A DNA stretch of 64,000 bases. Source: Calditrichia bacterium. GTDB lineage: Bacteria > Calditrichota > Calditrichia > JAJRVZ01. Each line of letters opens with the position of its first letter. The stretch's first letter is position 1. This document shows positions 10,932-24,295 of the stretch, one piece after another. The stretch covers positions 1 to 64,000 of the forward strand of contig CAVZSQ010000022.1 in NCBI GenBank assembly GCA_963777955.1, written 5' to 3'. Made by a program: the position numbers and the translations under genes. The notes under the pieces are model-generated. The model did no database searches. It saw only the letters and a list, made by a program, of their open reading frames with translations, and was not told the DNA's origin.

Positions 10932-11945
10932 CAGCGTTCGGGCGTGCGCGAGGCCCCGTCGCGTCTCCGCCGGGCCTCCTCTCTTGCTTTCACGCTGAGC
11001 GGGTGGAACTCGACCTCGCCCATCTTCCGGTGGAGCCTCCACCATCTCGGCAAGCTTGGCGGCGTCGAAGTACTCGAGGTTTTCCGGGTTCCCCATGTTG
11101 TGCAGCTCGAGGCGGGTCGCTCGCGAGGTCGTACAGCTCGAACTGGGACGGCTTCTCTCCCGAGGGGTCGTAGTACTCGGCCACCTTCCAGCCGGCCTCT
11201 CTCAGGCAGGCGATGTGGCTGGGCTGCCCCACGATCTCCTCGCCCAGAACCTCGTCCGTCGTGAAGTAGATGGAGTCCTGAACCGTCTTGGTGGGGTTCG
11301 CCGGGTTCTCGGCGGCGTCCCGGATGACGGGGGTGAGGTCGCACCCCATGAACTCGTACTGCCCGCGGTTCTGCACGCCGGCTAGTGAGGCGACCGTGGG
11401 CATCAGGTCGATCAGCGAGGCCAGGGCGCGGGTCTTCACGGGGCCCGGGAAGAGCTCCGGGTTCGAGACGACCAGGGGGACGTGGATCGTCTCCTCGTAC
11501 GCGTTGTACGCCTTCTCGCGCATGCCGCCGTGCGCGGCCCCATCTCCCGTGGTCCGCCAGGGCGAAGACGAGGGTCTTCTTCCAAAGGCCGCGGTTGGAC
11601 TCCAGTGCGTCGAGCAGCGTCCCAAAGTGCCCGTCAGAAAGCTTGGTCACGTAGGCGTAGAAGTTCACGTAGTTGAGCCGCATCTGGTGGGAGTGCAGGA
11701 TCCCGAGCCCGTCGGCCCACATGGCCGTGGAGCGGGCCTGCGCCGGGGGCTTGTAGTTGTCCAGTGGCGGCTCGTCCGCCGTTTCGGGCAGGCTGATGCC
11801 CTGTTCGAAGCAGAGGGGCACCTCCTTGCCGTAGTTGTCGGATCCCTCGTAGGGCGGGATGTCGCTGTAGCTGGACTCGTTCCACGTGCTCGGGTAGCCC
11901 ATGAGGTCGTGGGGGTTGGCGAGGCAGACGAAGAGCGCGAAAGGC
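10931..11945 (-). CDS. Sulfatase copy B, C-terminal part; 5' end lost at the junction
   Basis: [18 protein letters not shown]...YVNFYAY...ALADHG...[25 protein letters not shown] is paralogous to copy A and has the same TGATG overlap with its maturase. Confidence 0.8.
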
Positions 11946-11950
11946 TGGTG
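11940..11950. other. Probable chimeric assembly junction
   Basis: On the minus strand the VWA frame ([13 protein letters not shown]) runs directly into mid-sulfatase ([14 protein letters not shown]). Both genes are truncated here and composition changes. Confidence 0.8.
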
Positions 11951-12470
11951 TCGATGGCCGAGCCGATGGCGGTGCCCTCGCCGAGCTGCAGGTCGGCGAT
12001 GGCGTCGGCCACGGCCTGGCGGTCGGTGGTGGGGGCGACCTCGAGCGACGCACGGTGCCGGCGAAGCTGACCAGCCCCACGTTGACCTCGGCGGGAACGT
12101 CGTCGAGGAACGACGTGGCCGCGGCCTTGGCCGCCGAGATGCGGTCGGGCTTCACGTCGGTGGCCTCCATCGACAGCGAGACGTCGATGGCCATGACGAC
12201 GGTGGCCCGCTCGCGCGGCACCTTGACCTCGTGGGTGGGCTGGGCGAAGGCGACCACCAGCGTGGCCAGGGCGAGCAGCTGCACGGCGGCGGTGAGGTGA
12301 CGCCGCCAGCCGGGGCGCTTGGGGGCCACCGACTCGAGCAGGTCGAGGTTGGTGAAGCGCACCGCGTAGGTCGAGCGCCGGCGCTGGAACACGACGTAGA
12401 CGACGGCCAGCGCGACGACGACGAACAGCAGCAGGAGCCGCCAGGGGGAGAGGAACGCCAGGCCGCTCAT
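11946..12470 (-). CDS. VWA domain membrane protein (BatA/Rv1481-like), 3'-truncated
   Basis: [46 protein letters not shown]. Confidence 0.85.
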
Positions 12471-13468
12471 CGGGCCGCCCCCGCGTGCATGGTGGCGCCG
12501 GGGATGGCGTCGACCGGGCCGCTGCCGTGGGCGGCGGAGCGCGAGAGCGCGTCGACCCGGTCGCGGCGACGGCCGACGAAGCGGACGAGGTCGAGCAGCC
12601 AGTCGCGGTCGGTGCGCAGCTGGAGGTGGTCGGCGCCGCTGCCGCGGATCTGGGCGGCGATGCCGGCGCGCTGCTCGGCCGCGGCCGCGGCGTAGCGCTC
12701 GCGGAGCTTGCGATCGCCGGTGGCGACCTCGAGCTCGGCGCCGGTCTCGGGGTCGAGCAGCACGAGCATGCCGACGTCGGGGAGGGCGAGCTCGACGGGG
12801 TCGACGACCTCGATGCAGAGCACGTCGTGGCGCAGGGCGAGCGTGCGCAGCGCCGGCGCCCACGGGCCCGGGTCGAGGAAGTCGGAGATCACCACGACGA
12901 GGCCGCGGCGGCGGGCGGTGCCGGCGATGCGGCGCAGCCCGGTGGCGAGCTCGGTGCGGCCGTCGCCCGGGTTCGAGAGGGCGGTGAGCACCTGGCGCAG
13001 CAGGGCCTGGAGGTGCACCCGGCCGGCGCGGGCGGGGATGGGGGCCGACGCACCGGTGGGGCCGACGGTCATGGCGCCGACGCGGTTGCCGGTGCGGGCG
13101 GTGAGGAAGCCGATGGCGGCGACGGCGGCGAGGGCGAGGTCGCGCTTCTCGCAGTCGGCGGTGCCGAAGTCGAGGCTGGCCGACGCGTCGACGAGCATCC
13201 AGGTCTCGAGCTCGCGGTCGGCGACGGTCTCGCGGACGTGGGTCTCGCGGAGGCGGGCGGTGACGTTCCAGTCGATGCGCCGCACGTCGTCGCCCGGCTG
13301 GTAGGCCCGGATCTCGCCGGGCTCGCTGCCGTGGCCCGGGGTGAGGCCGCGGTGGTCGCCCTGGAGCAGGCCGTCGAGGCGGCGGGTGACCGACAGCTCG
13401 AGGCGGCGCAGCACCTCCGCGGCGGGGGTGCCGCTGATGGCCGGGGCCTCCGGCGTGCGGGCGCTCAC
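12467..13468 (-). CDS. DUF58 domain protein
   Basis: [20 protein letters not shown]...[20 protein letters not shown]...[10 protein letters not shown]...VVISDF. Confidence 0.9.
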   Translation of the reverse strand: MSARTPEAPAISGTPAAEVLRRLELSVTRRLDGLLQGDHRGLTPGHGSEPGEIRAYQPGDDVRRIDWNVTARLRETHVRETVADRELETWMLVDASASLDFGTADCEKRDLALAAVAAIGFLTARTGNRVGAMTVGPTGASAPIPARAGRVHLQALLRQVLTALSNPGDGRTELATGLRRIAGTARRRGLVVVISDFLDPGPWAPALRTLALRHDVLCIEVVDPVELALPDVGMLVLLDPETGAELEVATGDRKLRERYAAAAAEQRAGIAAQIRGSGADHLQLRTDRDWLLDLVRFVGRRRDRVDALSRSAAHGSGPVDAIPGATMHAGAAR

Positions 13469-14492
13469 CAGCCCGCGGCCGCGGTCGGGTCCTGCGAGGG
13501 GGCGACGACCGGGGCGTGGACGGTGGACAGCAGTCGGGCGAGCAGCTGCTCGACCGACAGGCCCTCGGCCAGCGCCTCGTAGGAGAGCACGCAGCCGGTG
13601 GCGCAGCACGTCGGGGGCGACGTCGAAGACGTCCTGGGGCAGGACGTAGTTGCGGCCCCGCATCAGGGCCAGGGCCCGGCCGCCGGCGACGAGGCCGAGG
13701 GAGGCGCGGGGGCTGGCGCCCCAGGCGACCAGCTCGGCGAGCTCGGGCAGGCCGTGGGCGGCCGGCTCGCGGGTGGCGAGCACCAGGCGCACGGCGTAGT
13801 CGGCGACGGCGGGGGCGACGAACACCGCGTCGGCGGCCTCCTGCAGGCGGACGAGGTCGTCGGGCGAGAGCACCTGCGACGCACGGGGGGCCTCGCCGCC
13901 CATGCGGTCGACGATCTCGGCCTCCTCGGCGGCGGTCGGGTAGCCGACGACGATCTTCATGAGGAAGCGGTCGCGCTGGGCCTCGGGCAGCGGGTAGACG
14001 CCCTCGCTCTCGATCGGGTTCTGGGTGGCCAGCACGAGGAAGGGCTCGGGCACCGCGGGTGGTGCCGCCGATCGAGACCTGGCGCTCGGCCATGACCTCG
14101 AGCAGCGCCGACTGCACCTTGGCCGGCGCGCGGTTGATCTCGTCGGCGAGCACGAAGTTGGCGAACACCGGGCCCAACTCGATGTCGAAGGTCTCGGTGG
14201 AGCTGCGGTAGATGCGGGTGCCGACGATGTCGGCGGGCACCAGGTCGGGGGTGAACTGGATGCGGGCGAAGGTGCCGCCGACGACCGTGGCGAGGGTCTC
14301 GACCGCGAGCGTCTTGGCCAGGCCGGGCACGCCCTCGAGCAGCACGTGGCCCCGGGCGAGCAGGCCGACGAGGAGGCGCTCGATGGCCCGGTCCTGGCCG
14401 ACGATGACCTTCTTGACCTCGAAGAGCGCCTGCTCGAGCAGGGCGGCCTCGGCCGTGCGATCGGCGGCGGTGGCGCCGGGCTGGAGGGACAT
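13465..14492 (-). CDS. moxR: MoxR family AAA+ ATPase (frameshifted)
   Basis: [73 protein letters not shown]. Confidence 0.92.
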
Positions 14493-14657
14493 GCGGTTCT
14501 CCTCGGAGGGCGGCACGGGTCGGGGCGTGGCGGTGGCGGTCATGGGCGTGACAAGACCACGAGCAACCGAAGAGCACGATAAAGGCAGTCGAGGGCGTCG
14601 GCGCCGGAGGAGGGGGCGTCGCCGGCGGCGGGCCGGCGGCAGGTACCGTTCCGCGCC

Positions 14658-15339
14658 GTGCGAGTGCTCGTGGTCGACGACGAGGTGGACCTGGCCGAGG
14701 CCGTGGCCCGGGGCCTGCGGCGCGAGGGCTACGCCGTCGACGTCGCCTACGACGGCGACGAGGCGCTCACCAAGGCCTACGTCGAACGACTACGACCTGC
14801 TGTGCCTCGACATCACCATGCCGGGCACCGACGGCCGCGAGGTGTGCCGGCGCATCCGCGCCACCGACCTCGACCCGCCAGCCGCGGGTGCTGATGCTCA
14901 CGGCGCGCGACAGCCTCGACGACCGGGTGGCCGGGCTCGACGACGGCGCCGACGACTACCTCGTGAAGCCGTTCGCCTTCCCCGAGCTGCTGGCCCGGGT
15001 GCGCTCGCTGCTCCGCCGCGACACCGAGCCGCGGCGTCGTCGGTGCTCCAGGTCGGCGAGCTCGTGCTCGACGACGCCCGCCACGAGGCCCGCCGCGGCG
15101 ACCGCCGCCTCGACCTCACGGCCAAGGAGTTCGCCCTCCTGCGCTACTTCATGACCCGGCCGGGGGAGGTGCTGTCCCAGGAGGACCTGCTGGAGCACGT
15201 CTGGGACGAGCACGCCGATCCGTTCACCAACACCGTGCGGGTCACGGTCGGCACGCTGCGCCGCAAGCTCGCCATCGACGACGAGGAGCCGCTCATCGAG
15301 ACGGTCATCGGTCGCGGCTACCGGCTGTTGGCGCCATGA
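14658..15339 (+). CDS. OmpR/PhoB family response regulator (frameshifted)
   Basis: [23 protein letters not shown]...[23 protein letters not shown]...LRRKL...[11 protein letters not shown]. Confidence 0.9.
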
Positions 15340-16644
15340 CCGCGTCGTGGACCCCGGACGACGGGCGCGAGCCCCGCACCGGCGAGCTCCCGGTGATCAC
15401 CCCCGGGTCCGCGGCGCCGAAGGCCGAGGTCCACACCCGCCTGCACTCGCGGGGCCAGCGCCTCGGTGACCGGCTCCCGCCGTGGATGGGCTCGATCCGC
15501 GTCCGGCTCACCGTCGTCTACTCGACCGTGGTGTTCGGGCTCGCCTCGCTGGTGGTGTCCGGCATCTACCTGGGGCTCCGCTACACGCTGGAGAACCAGC
15601 AGGTCGGCACCGTCTACGAGCTGCCCCAGGGCCAGATCGTCGTGGAGTTCAACACGGCCCGGATCATCCAGAACGAGCGCCTACGAGCCGCGCCCTCGAG
15701 ACCCTGCGGGTCTACTCCTTCAGCGCCCTGCTCGCCCTCTTCTTCGTCAGCCTCGGCGTCGGGTGGCTGGTCAGCGGCCGGATGCTGCGGCCCATCGGCC
15801 AGATCACCGGCGCGGTGCGCGAGATCCAGGCCACCGACCTCTCCCGCCGCATCGACCTCGGCGGCCCCGACGACGAGCTGCAAGCGGCTGGCCGACACCT
15901 TCGACGCGATGCTCGGCCGCGTCGACGACGCCTTCGAGAGCCAGCGCCAGTTCATCCACGAGGCCACCCACGAGCTGCGCAACCCGCTGGCGGTGATCCG
16001 CACCAACCTCGAGGTCACCCTGTCCGACCCCGACGCCTCGGCCGACGACCTGCGCCACACGGCCGAGGTGGTCGAGCGCACCACCGAGCGCATGACCCAC
16101 CTGGTCGACGACCTGCTCGTCTACGCCCGCAAGGGCACCCTCTCCATGGAGCGCGAGCCCGTCGACGTCGGCCGCCTCGTCGCCGAGGTGGCCGCCGAGT
16201 TCGCGGCGCCGGCCGAGGCCGCCGGCCAGTTCGTCGAGCGCGAGGCCCCCGGGGCCTCTGGGTCTGGGCGACCGCCTGGCGCTGCGCCAGGCCCTGGCCA
16301 ACCTGCTCGCCAACGCCGTGCGCATCGCCCCGTCGGGCACCACCATCCGGGTCGGGCCGGCCGCGAGGGCCGTGGGTGTGGATGGCCGTCGAGGACGAGG
16401 GCCCGGGGATCGCCCCCGACGACCAGACCGGGTGTTCCAGCGCTTCTGGCGCGGCGATCCCGCCGAGAGCCGGGCCCAGGGCCGCAGCGGCCTCGGGCTC
16501 ACCATCGTGCGCCAGATCGTCGAGGCCCACGGCGGCGAGGTGAAGCTGGCGAGCGAGCTGGGGCACGGCGCGGCCTTCGCGCTCTGGTTCCCGGCCCTGC
16601 CGGCACCGGTACCCGCCGAGCCCGAGCCCGTCGACCAGTCCTGA
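15336..16644 (+). CDS. HAMP-domain sensor histidine kinase (frameshifted)
   Basis: Two TMs, HAMP (DLSRRIDLGGPDDEL), H-box ATHELRNPL, NLLANA, VEDEGPGI, GLGLTIVRQIVEAHGG. Confidence 0.9.
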
Positions 16645-16687
16645 GGTCCTGCGAGGTCGGGGATCCCGTTTCCGGGGTTCCCGGTGT

Positions 16688-16705
16688 GCTTTCGTCGCGC
16701 TTTCG
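16688..16705 (+). promoter_or_regulatory. Candidate response-regulator binding site (GCTTTCG direct repeat, 11-bp period) upstream of htrA
   Basis: GCTTTCG at 16688-16694 and 16699-16705; this geometry is typical of OmpR-family sites. Confidence 0.35.
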
Positions 16706-16824
16706 CGTCGCCGCCGTACCGTGCGCCCCGAGGTCCGGGCACCGGCGTGCCCCACTCGCCGACTCGCCGTCTCACCGCCTCACCGCCTCACCGCCCGAGC
16801 ACCGACCCAGGAGCACGACCGCCC

Positions 16825-18272
16825 ATGAGCTGGGACCACGAGCCGCCGACCACCCCGCCGCAGTCCGGTGAGCCCACCGAGCCCGTTCTCGCCCGCCCGA
16901 CGACACGCGCCCCCCGGTCGAGGCGCCCGAGGTCGACCAGGTCGAGGCGCCGACCGTCGAGGCCGCCGAGCCCGTTCCAGCCGGCCCCCACCGCCGAGGT
17001 GCCGCCGCCCCCGCCGCCGATCCCCCCGCTGCCGGCCGCCGCCGCTCCGCCCGCCGCCACCCCCGGCGAGCCGACGGCCGCTCCCGCGCCGCCCGACCCT
17101 GGGCACGTCCCGCCGCGGCCCCCGTGCCGCCCGGCGGAGGTCCTCCGCCGTCGGCCGCTCCGGCTGGGGTGGGCCGCCCACCCCGCCGCCGCTCCCGCCG
17201 TCGGTTCACCCCGAGCCGCGGCAGCCGAACCGGGCCTGAAGGTCGTCGTCGGCGTGGTGGTCGTGGCCGGGCTGTTCGGCATCGGCTTCGGCGTCCGCTC
17301 GCTCTCGACGACAACGCCACGACGGTCGTGCAGGGCGCCGCCGACGGTCGCCGTCCCCGTCACCATCGACCCCGGCTCCGAGCCGGTCGCCGCGGTGGCC
17401 CAGGTCGTGAGCCCGTCGGTCGTGCAGATCGAGACCACCGACGGCCTCGGGTCGGGCGTCGTCTACGACGTCAGCGGCCTGATCATGACCAACGCCCACG
17501 TCGTCGGCGCCGAGACCACGGTCACCGTGCGCACCGCCGACGGCAACGCCGTCGAGGGTGAGGTCCTCGGCACCGACACCGGCACCGACATCGCCGTGGT
17601 CCGGGTCGAGCGGCCTCGACGCCCCGGCGCCACCCTCGCGGTCGACAGCAAGCCGGCCGTCGGGCCAGATCGCCGTCGCGGTCGGCAGCCCCTACGGGCT
17701 CGACCAGACCGTCACCTCCGGCATCGTGTCCGCCGTCAACCGGCCCGTCGACAACGACAAGGGCGTCGTGGTCAACATGATCCAGACCGACGCCTCCATC
17801 AACCCCGGCAACTCGGGTGGCGCACTCGCCAACCGCGACGGCCGGATCATCGGGATCAACACGGCCATCTTCAGCCAGACCGGTGAGAACACGGGCATCG
17901 GCTTCGCCATCCCGATCGCCACCGCCAAGAAGGCCGCCGACCAGCTCGTCAACGGCCAGTCCGTCGCCAAGGCCGGTCTGGGCCTGAGCGGCCCGAGCGA
18001 CGACGCCCAACGGCGACGCCGGCGCCTACGTCGAGAGCGTCACCGCAGGGCGGCGCCGCCGCCGACGCCGGGATCCAGGCCGGCGACCTCATCGTCGAGC
18101 GTCGACGGCACCCCGATCCGCGGCTTCGACGAGCTGCGGGGCCTCATCAGCTCCCACAGCCCGGGCGAGACCGTCACCGTCACGGTCGTCCGCGACGGCG
18201 AGCGCATCGACATCGAGGTCACCCTCGGCACCTTGAGCAGCTCCGAGCAGCACGCCGACCACGGAGAACTGA
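16825..18272 (+). CDS. HtrA/S1C family serine protease with Pro-rich N-terminus, TM and PDZ (frameshifted)
   Basis: [40 protein letters not shown] and a C-terminal PDZ-like region. Confidence 0.9.
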
Positions 18273-18449
18273 CCAGGGCCGAGATCTCGGGCCGGACTCC
18301 CGTTCCCGGCCCGACGACGGGGGAGGGGCGCCAGCCGATGGCCCCTCCCGTCCGCGTCCGGGGCGGCGTCCGGCGCTGAGCGGCGTGGCAGGGCCGGCGA
18401 CCGGGCCACCCGGCGGCGTCGCTGGACGCCCCACTAGGCTGGCTCGCTC

Positions 18450-19672
18450 ATGGTCGTCGTGATCGTCCTCCTCGCGGTGCTCGTCGTGCTCGTCGGCACC
18501 GGCGCCGCCCTCGTCGCCTCGCGGCGCCGCAACGCCGCGCTCCTCGAGCCGCCGCCCGACGCACCACGGGTGCCGCCGGAGGTCCTCGAAGAGGTCCGCC
18601 GGGAGGCCGCCGAGCGCGAGGCCGCCGAGACCGAGCCCGGTGAGGGGCTCGACGACGACTCCGTCGCCGGCGTCGTGGTCGAGGAGCTCGACCGGCGCGA
18701 CGCCGACGCCGTCGTCGCCGAAGCCGAGGCCGCCCTCGCCGAGGCCGCCGCGGTCGAGGAGGTCGCCCGGCCCCGCTTCCGCGACCGCCTCACCAAGGCC
18801 CGCAGCGCGCTCGCCGGCGCGTTCGGCTCCATCGGGGGCCGGGGCAAGATCGACGACGAGACCTGGGACGAGCTCGAGGAGGCCCTCATCCGGGCCGACG
18901 TCGGCGTCGCCGCCACCCAGGACCTGCTCGAGCACCTGCGCGGCCGGGTCAAGGCCGACGGCCTCACCGACGGCGAGCAGCTCCTCGAGGCCCTCAAGGC
19001 CGAGCTCAAGGAGCGGCTCGTCGCGGCTACGAGCGCGAGCTCGAGTTCAGCCGTCGAGCCGGGCCCGTCGGTCTGGCTCTTCGTCGGCGTCAACGGCGTC
19101 GGCAAGACCACCACCATCGGCAAGCTCGGCACCCGGGAGGCCCGAGGGCGGCATCAAGGTCGTCATGGCCGCCGGTGACACGTTCCGGGCCGCCGCCGCC
19201 GAGCAGCTCGGCATGTGGGCCGAGCGGGCCGGCGCCGAGCTGGTCCGCGGCAACGAGGGCGGTGACCCGAGCGCGGTCATCTTCGACGCCGTCGAGGCCG
19301 CCGCCGCCCGCGGCGCCGACCTCGTGCTCGCCGACACCGCCGGCCGCCTGCACACCAAGGTCAACCTGATGGAGGAGCTCCGGAAGGTGCGCCGTGTCGC
19401 CGACAAGGGCGCCGGCCACGTCACCGAGGTCCTCCTCGTGCTCGACGCCACCACCGGCCAGAACGGCCTGGTCCAGGCCCAGCAGTTCACCGAGGCGGTC
19501 GAGCTCACCGGCGTCGTGCTCACCAAGCTCGACGGCTCGGCCAAGGGCGGCATCGTCATCGCCATCCACGACCAGCTCGGCATCCCCGTCAAGCTCGTCG
19601 GCCTCGGTGAGGGCGCCGACGACCTCGTCGCCGTTCGACCCCGACGAGTTCGTGGAGGCACTGTTCTCATGA
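18450..19672 (+). CDS. ftsY: Signal recognition particle receptor FtsY (frameshifted)
   Basis: GVNGVGKTTTIGKL, AGDTFRAAAAEQL, DTAGRLHTKVNLMEEL, LTKLDGSAKGG. Confidence 0.95.
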
Positions 19673-20198
19673 GGCTCATGACCTTCCCCTGTCAGGCTCC
19701 TGGTCCGGCTGCGTGCGTGCTGCCGATCAAGGTGGTGCTCGCCACCGCCGGCTCACGTTCCGCGCCGGCTTCAAGGCCGGCACCCTGCCGGTCAAGGGCG
19801 CGCGGTCGCGGTCCGCTCGCTCGGGCTCAAGGCCGTGGTGCTGTTCGTCGCGGGCGTGGCCCTCGGCGTCTTCGTCGGGCGTCGTCCTGGGCTCGGCCGG
19901 CGCCGAGCTGGCCGAGGCGTCTAGCCGCCGGCAGCTTCGGCCGTCGACGACACCGGACCGAGCCCGGTGGCGGCCCTCGTCGAGGACACCATCGAGGTCG
20001 TGGAGACCGCCGACGGCGAGATCGTGACCGAGACCGTCACCATCACCGAGGTGCTCGACGAGGCCGCCGAGGCCGCCGACGTCGTCGAGGGCGAGCCAGG
20101 AGCTGGCCGACGAGATCGAGGCCGAGATCGACCAGGCCCTCGGCGTCACCGGCGGCGAGCTGGGCGTCGACGTCCGACGACGCCGACGAGGCCCGCTG

Positions 20199-20199
<1 letters not shown>
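19669..20199 (+). CDS. Hypothetical membrane protein with an acidic C-terminus, between ftsY and ffh (frameshifted)
   Basis: ATGA overlap with the ftsY stop and TGATG overlap with the ffh start; fragments [61 protein letters not shown]. Confidence 0.55.
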
Positions 20200-21724
<1,525 letters not shown>

Positions 21725-21833
21725 TAGCCTGACTTGCTCGCACGCCCCGCGAGCGACACCATTGACGGTCGCTCCCGTGCCGGGCGCGCCCCGTGTTCGC
21801 CCGAACATCTGCGACGAAGAAGAGAGAAACACC

Positions 21834-22121
21834 GTGGCCGTCAAGCTCCGCCTGATGCGGATGGGCAAGAAGAAGCAGCCGACCTACCGCATCGTGGCCG
21901 CCGACGCGCGCTCGCCCCGCGACGGCCGGTTCATCGAGATCGTCGGTCACTACGACCCCCGCCCCGAGCCGTCGGTCGATCAACGTCGACAACGACAAGG
22001 CCGTCGCCTGGCTCAAGCAAGGGCGCCCAGCCCACCGAGGCCGTCGAGAAGCTGCTGAAGATCTCGGGTGCCTGGGACGCAGTTCACCGGCCAGCCCGTC
22101 GCACGGCGCGAGCGATCGTGA
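21834..22121 (+). CDS. rpsP: 30S ribosomal protein S16
   Basis: [42 protein letters not shown]...[12 protein letters not shown]. Confidence 0.95.
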
Positions 22122-22439
22122 GCGACGTCGACGACCGCAGAGACGCCCGACGACGAGCGACGACCGGTGACGACGAGGCCGCGCGGCGCCGCGACTACGC
22201 CACCGCCATCTCGGTGCTCGAGCTACGTGCGTCCGCCAGCTGGTCGAGGACCCCGACGCCGTCGCGCATCGAGCGTCGACGACCGTGGTCGGCGCCCCGT
22301 GCTCAACGTGCACGTCGGCGCCGGCGACATGGGTCGCGTCATCGGCAAGCGCGGCCGGGTCGCCCAGTCGATCCGCACCGTCGTCCGGGCCGCCGCCGCC
22401 CGCGACGGCGTCGAGGTCGACGTCGAGTTCGTCGACTGA
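22118..22439 (+). CDS. khpA: KH domain RNA-binding protein
   Basis: LNVHVGAGDMGRVIGKRGRVAQSIRTVVRAAA...VDVEFVD; located between rpsP and rimM. Confidence 0.85.
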
Positions 22440-22940
22440 GCTCCGGTCGACGCCTGCCTCGAGGTCGGCCGGATCGACCAAGGCCCACGGGCCTCCGGGG
22501 CGAGGTCGTGGTCACCCTCACCACCGACCGAGACCTCCGCGCCTCGACCCGGGCGTCGGTGCTCGTCGCCGGCGACCGGCCGTCTGGTGGTCGCCGCGTC
22601 GCGTCCGCACCAGGACCGCTGGATCGTGCACTTCGAGGGCGTCACCAACCGCGAGACGGCCGAGGAGCTGCGCGGCGCCGTGCTGCGGGCCGAGCCGCTC
22701 GAGCGACCGACCCCGACGACGCTCTGGGTGCACGAGCTCATCGGCTCGCCGGTGGTCGAGCGTCGACGGCACCGACCGGGGCGTCGTCGAGGCCGTGCAG
22801 GACAACCCGGCCAGCGACCTGCTGGTGCTCGACACCGGCGCGCTGGTGCCGCTGCGTGTTCGTCGTCGGCCGCGACGACGACCGGGCGCCTCGTGGTCGA
22901 CGTGCCCGACGGGCTGTTCGACCTGCTCGACGAGGCCTGA
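22440..22940 (+). CDS. rimM: Ribosome maturation factor RimM (frameshifted; start uncertain)
   Basis: EVGRI.KAHGLRGEVVV, FEGVTNRETAEELRG, HELIG, NPASDLL, VDVPDGL. Confidence 0.88.
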   Translation, partial: APVDACLEVGRIDQGPRASGARSWSPSPPTETSAPRPGRRCSSPATGRLVVAASRPHQDRWIVHFEGVTNRETAEELRGAVLRAEPLERPTPTTLWVHELIGSPVVERRRHRPGRRRGRAGQPGQRPAGARHRRAGAAACSSSAATTTGRLVVDVPDGLFDLLDEA

Positions 22941-22952
22941 GCGGTCGCCGTC

Positions 22953-23699
22953 GTGCGCATCGACGTCTTCACCATCTTCCCGGACATGGTCTCGGGGTTC
23001 GCCGGCGCAGAGCCTGCTCGGCCGGGCCGCGGCACGGGGCCTGCTCGACGTGCGGGTCCACGACCTGCGCGAGCACACCACCGACGTGCACCGCACCGTC
23101 GACGACACGCCCGTTCGGCGGCGGCGCCGGCATGGTGCTGATGCCCGAGCCGATCTTCGCCGCCGTCGAGGCCGCCGAGCCGCCCCGGCCCGCTGTTCCT
23201 GCTCGGCCCCGGCGGGCGCACGCCTCGACCAGGCCATGGCCCGGGAGCTGGCGGCGGGCGAGCGGGTTCTCGCTGCTGTGCGGCCGCTACGAGGGCGTCG
23301 ACGACCGGGTGCGCGACCACCTCGTGCGACGGCGAGCTCTCCATCGGCGACTACGTGCTCGGCGGCGGCGAGGTCGCCGCGCATGGTCGTGCTCGAGGCC
23401 GTGGGCCGCCTGGTGCCCGGGGTGATGGGCAACGCCGACCTCGGCCGGCGAGGAGTCGTTCAGCGACGGGCTGCTCGAGTACCCGCAGTACACCCGGCCG
23501 GCCGAGTTCCGGGGCTGGCGGTGCCCGAGGTGCTGCGCTCCGGCGACCACGCCCAGGTCGCCCGCTGGCGCCGGGCCCAGGCCCTGCGCCGCACCCTGCG
23601 GCCCGTCCCGACCTGATCGAGGCCCGGGGCGGCTCACCGAGGACGAGGCCCTCCTCGACCGCTGGGCCCGACCGGTCGACGGCTCCGACGCGCACGTGA
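22953..23699 (+). CDS. trmD: tRNA (guanine37-N1)-methyltransferase (frameshifted)
   Basis: [61 protein letters not shown]. Confidence 0.93.
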
Positions 23700-23858
23700 C
23701 GACGAGCACGGCTGCGGGGGCGCTTTGCCGTTCCGGGCGAACCCACGTAGCATGCAGGGTCCCCGACCGGAGCCGGTATCCCGTCTCGCCGGGCTCCAGT
23801 CTCCGACCTCGCCGCCGGCACGCCTCGCCGGCTGCTCCCCACGCCAGGATCGACGCAG

Positions 23859-24204
23859 ATGAACGCCACCGATCTCGTCGACCGCCCAGAGCCTCCGCGA
23901 CGACGTCCCCGACTTCGCCCCCGGCGACACGCTGAAGGTGCACGTCCGGGTCGTCGAGGGCACCCGGGAGCGCGTCCAGGTGTTCCAGGGCGTCGTGATC
24001 CGCCGCCAGGGCGGCGGCCTCCGCGAGACCTTCACGGTCCGCAAGGTCAGCTTCGGCGTCGGCGTCGAGCGCACCTTCCCGGTGCACTCGCCGATCGTCG
24101 CCAAGATCGAGGTCGTGAGCCGCGGCGACGTCCGCCGGGCCAAGCTCTACTACCTGCGCGACCGCGTCGGGAAGGCCGCCAAGATCAAGGAGAAGCGCGA
24201 CTGA
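23859..24204 (+). CDS. rplS: 50S ribosomal protein L19
   Basis: [27 protein letters not shown]...[17 protein letters not shown]...[10 protein letters not shown]. Confidence 0.96.
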
Positions 24205-24295
24205 CGCTCGAGCGTCTGAGCGCCGCACCGCCGGTCCGTCCGGCCGGTGCGCACTCCAGCGGACGGCCCGCGGGCCGCACGGGGCGAGGTGAGCG

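Noticed and set aside
11634..14543. 969-aa MoxR-VWA-sulfatase ORF
   Set aside because: It is a product of frameshifts plus the chimeric junction.
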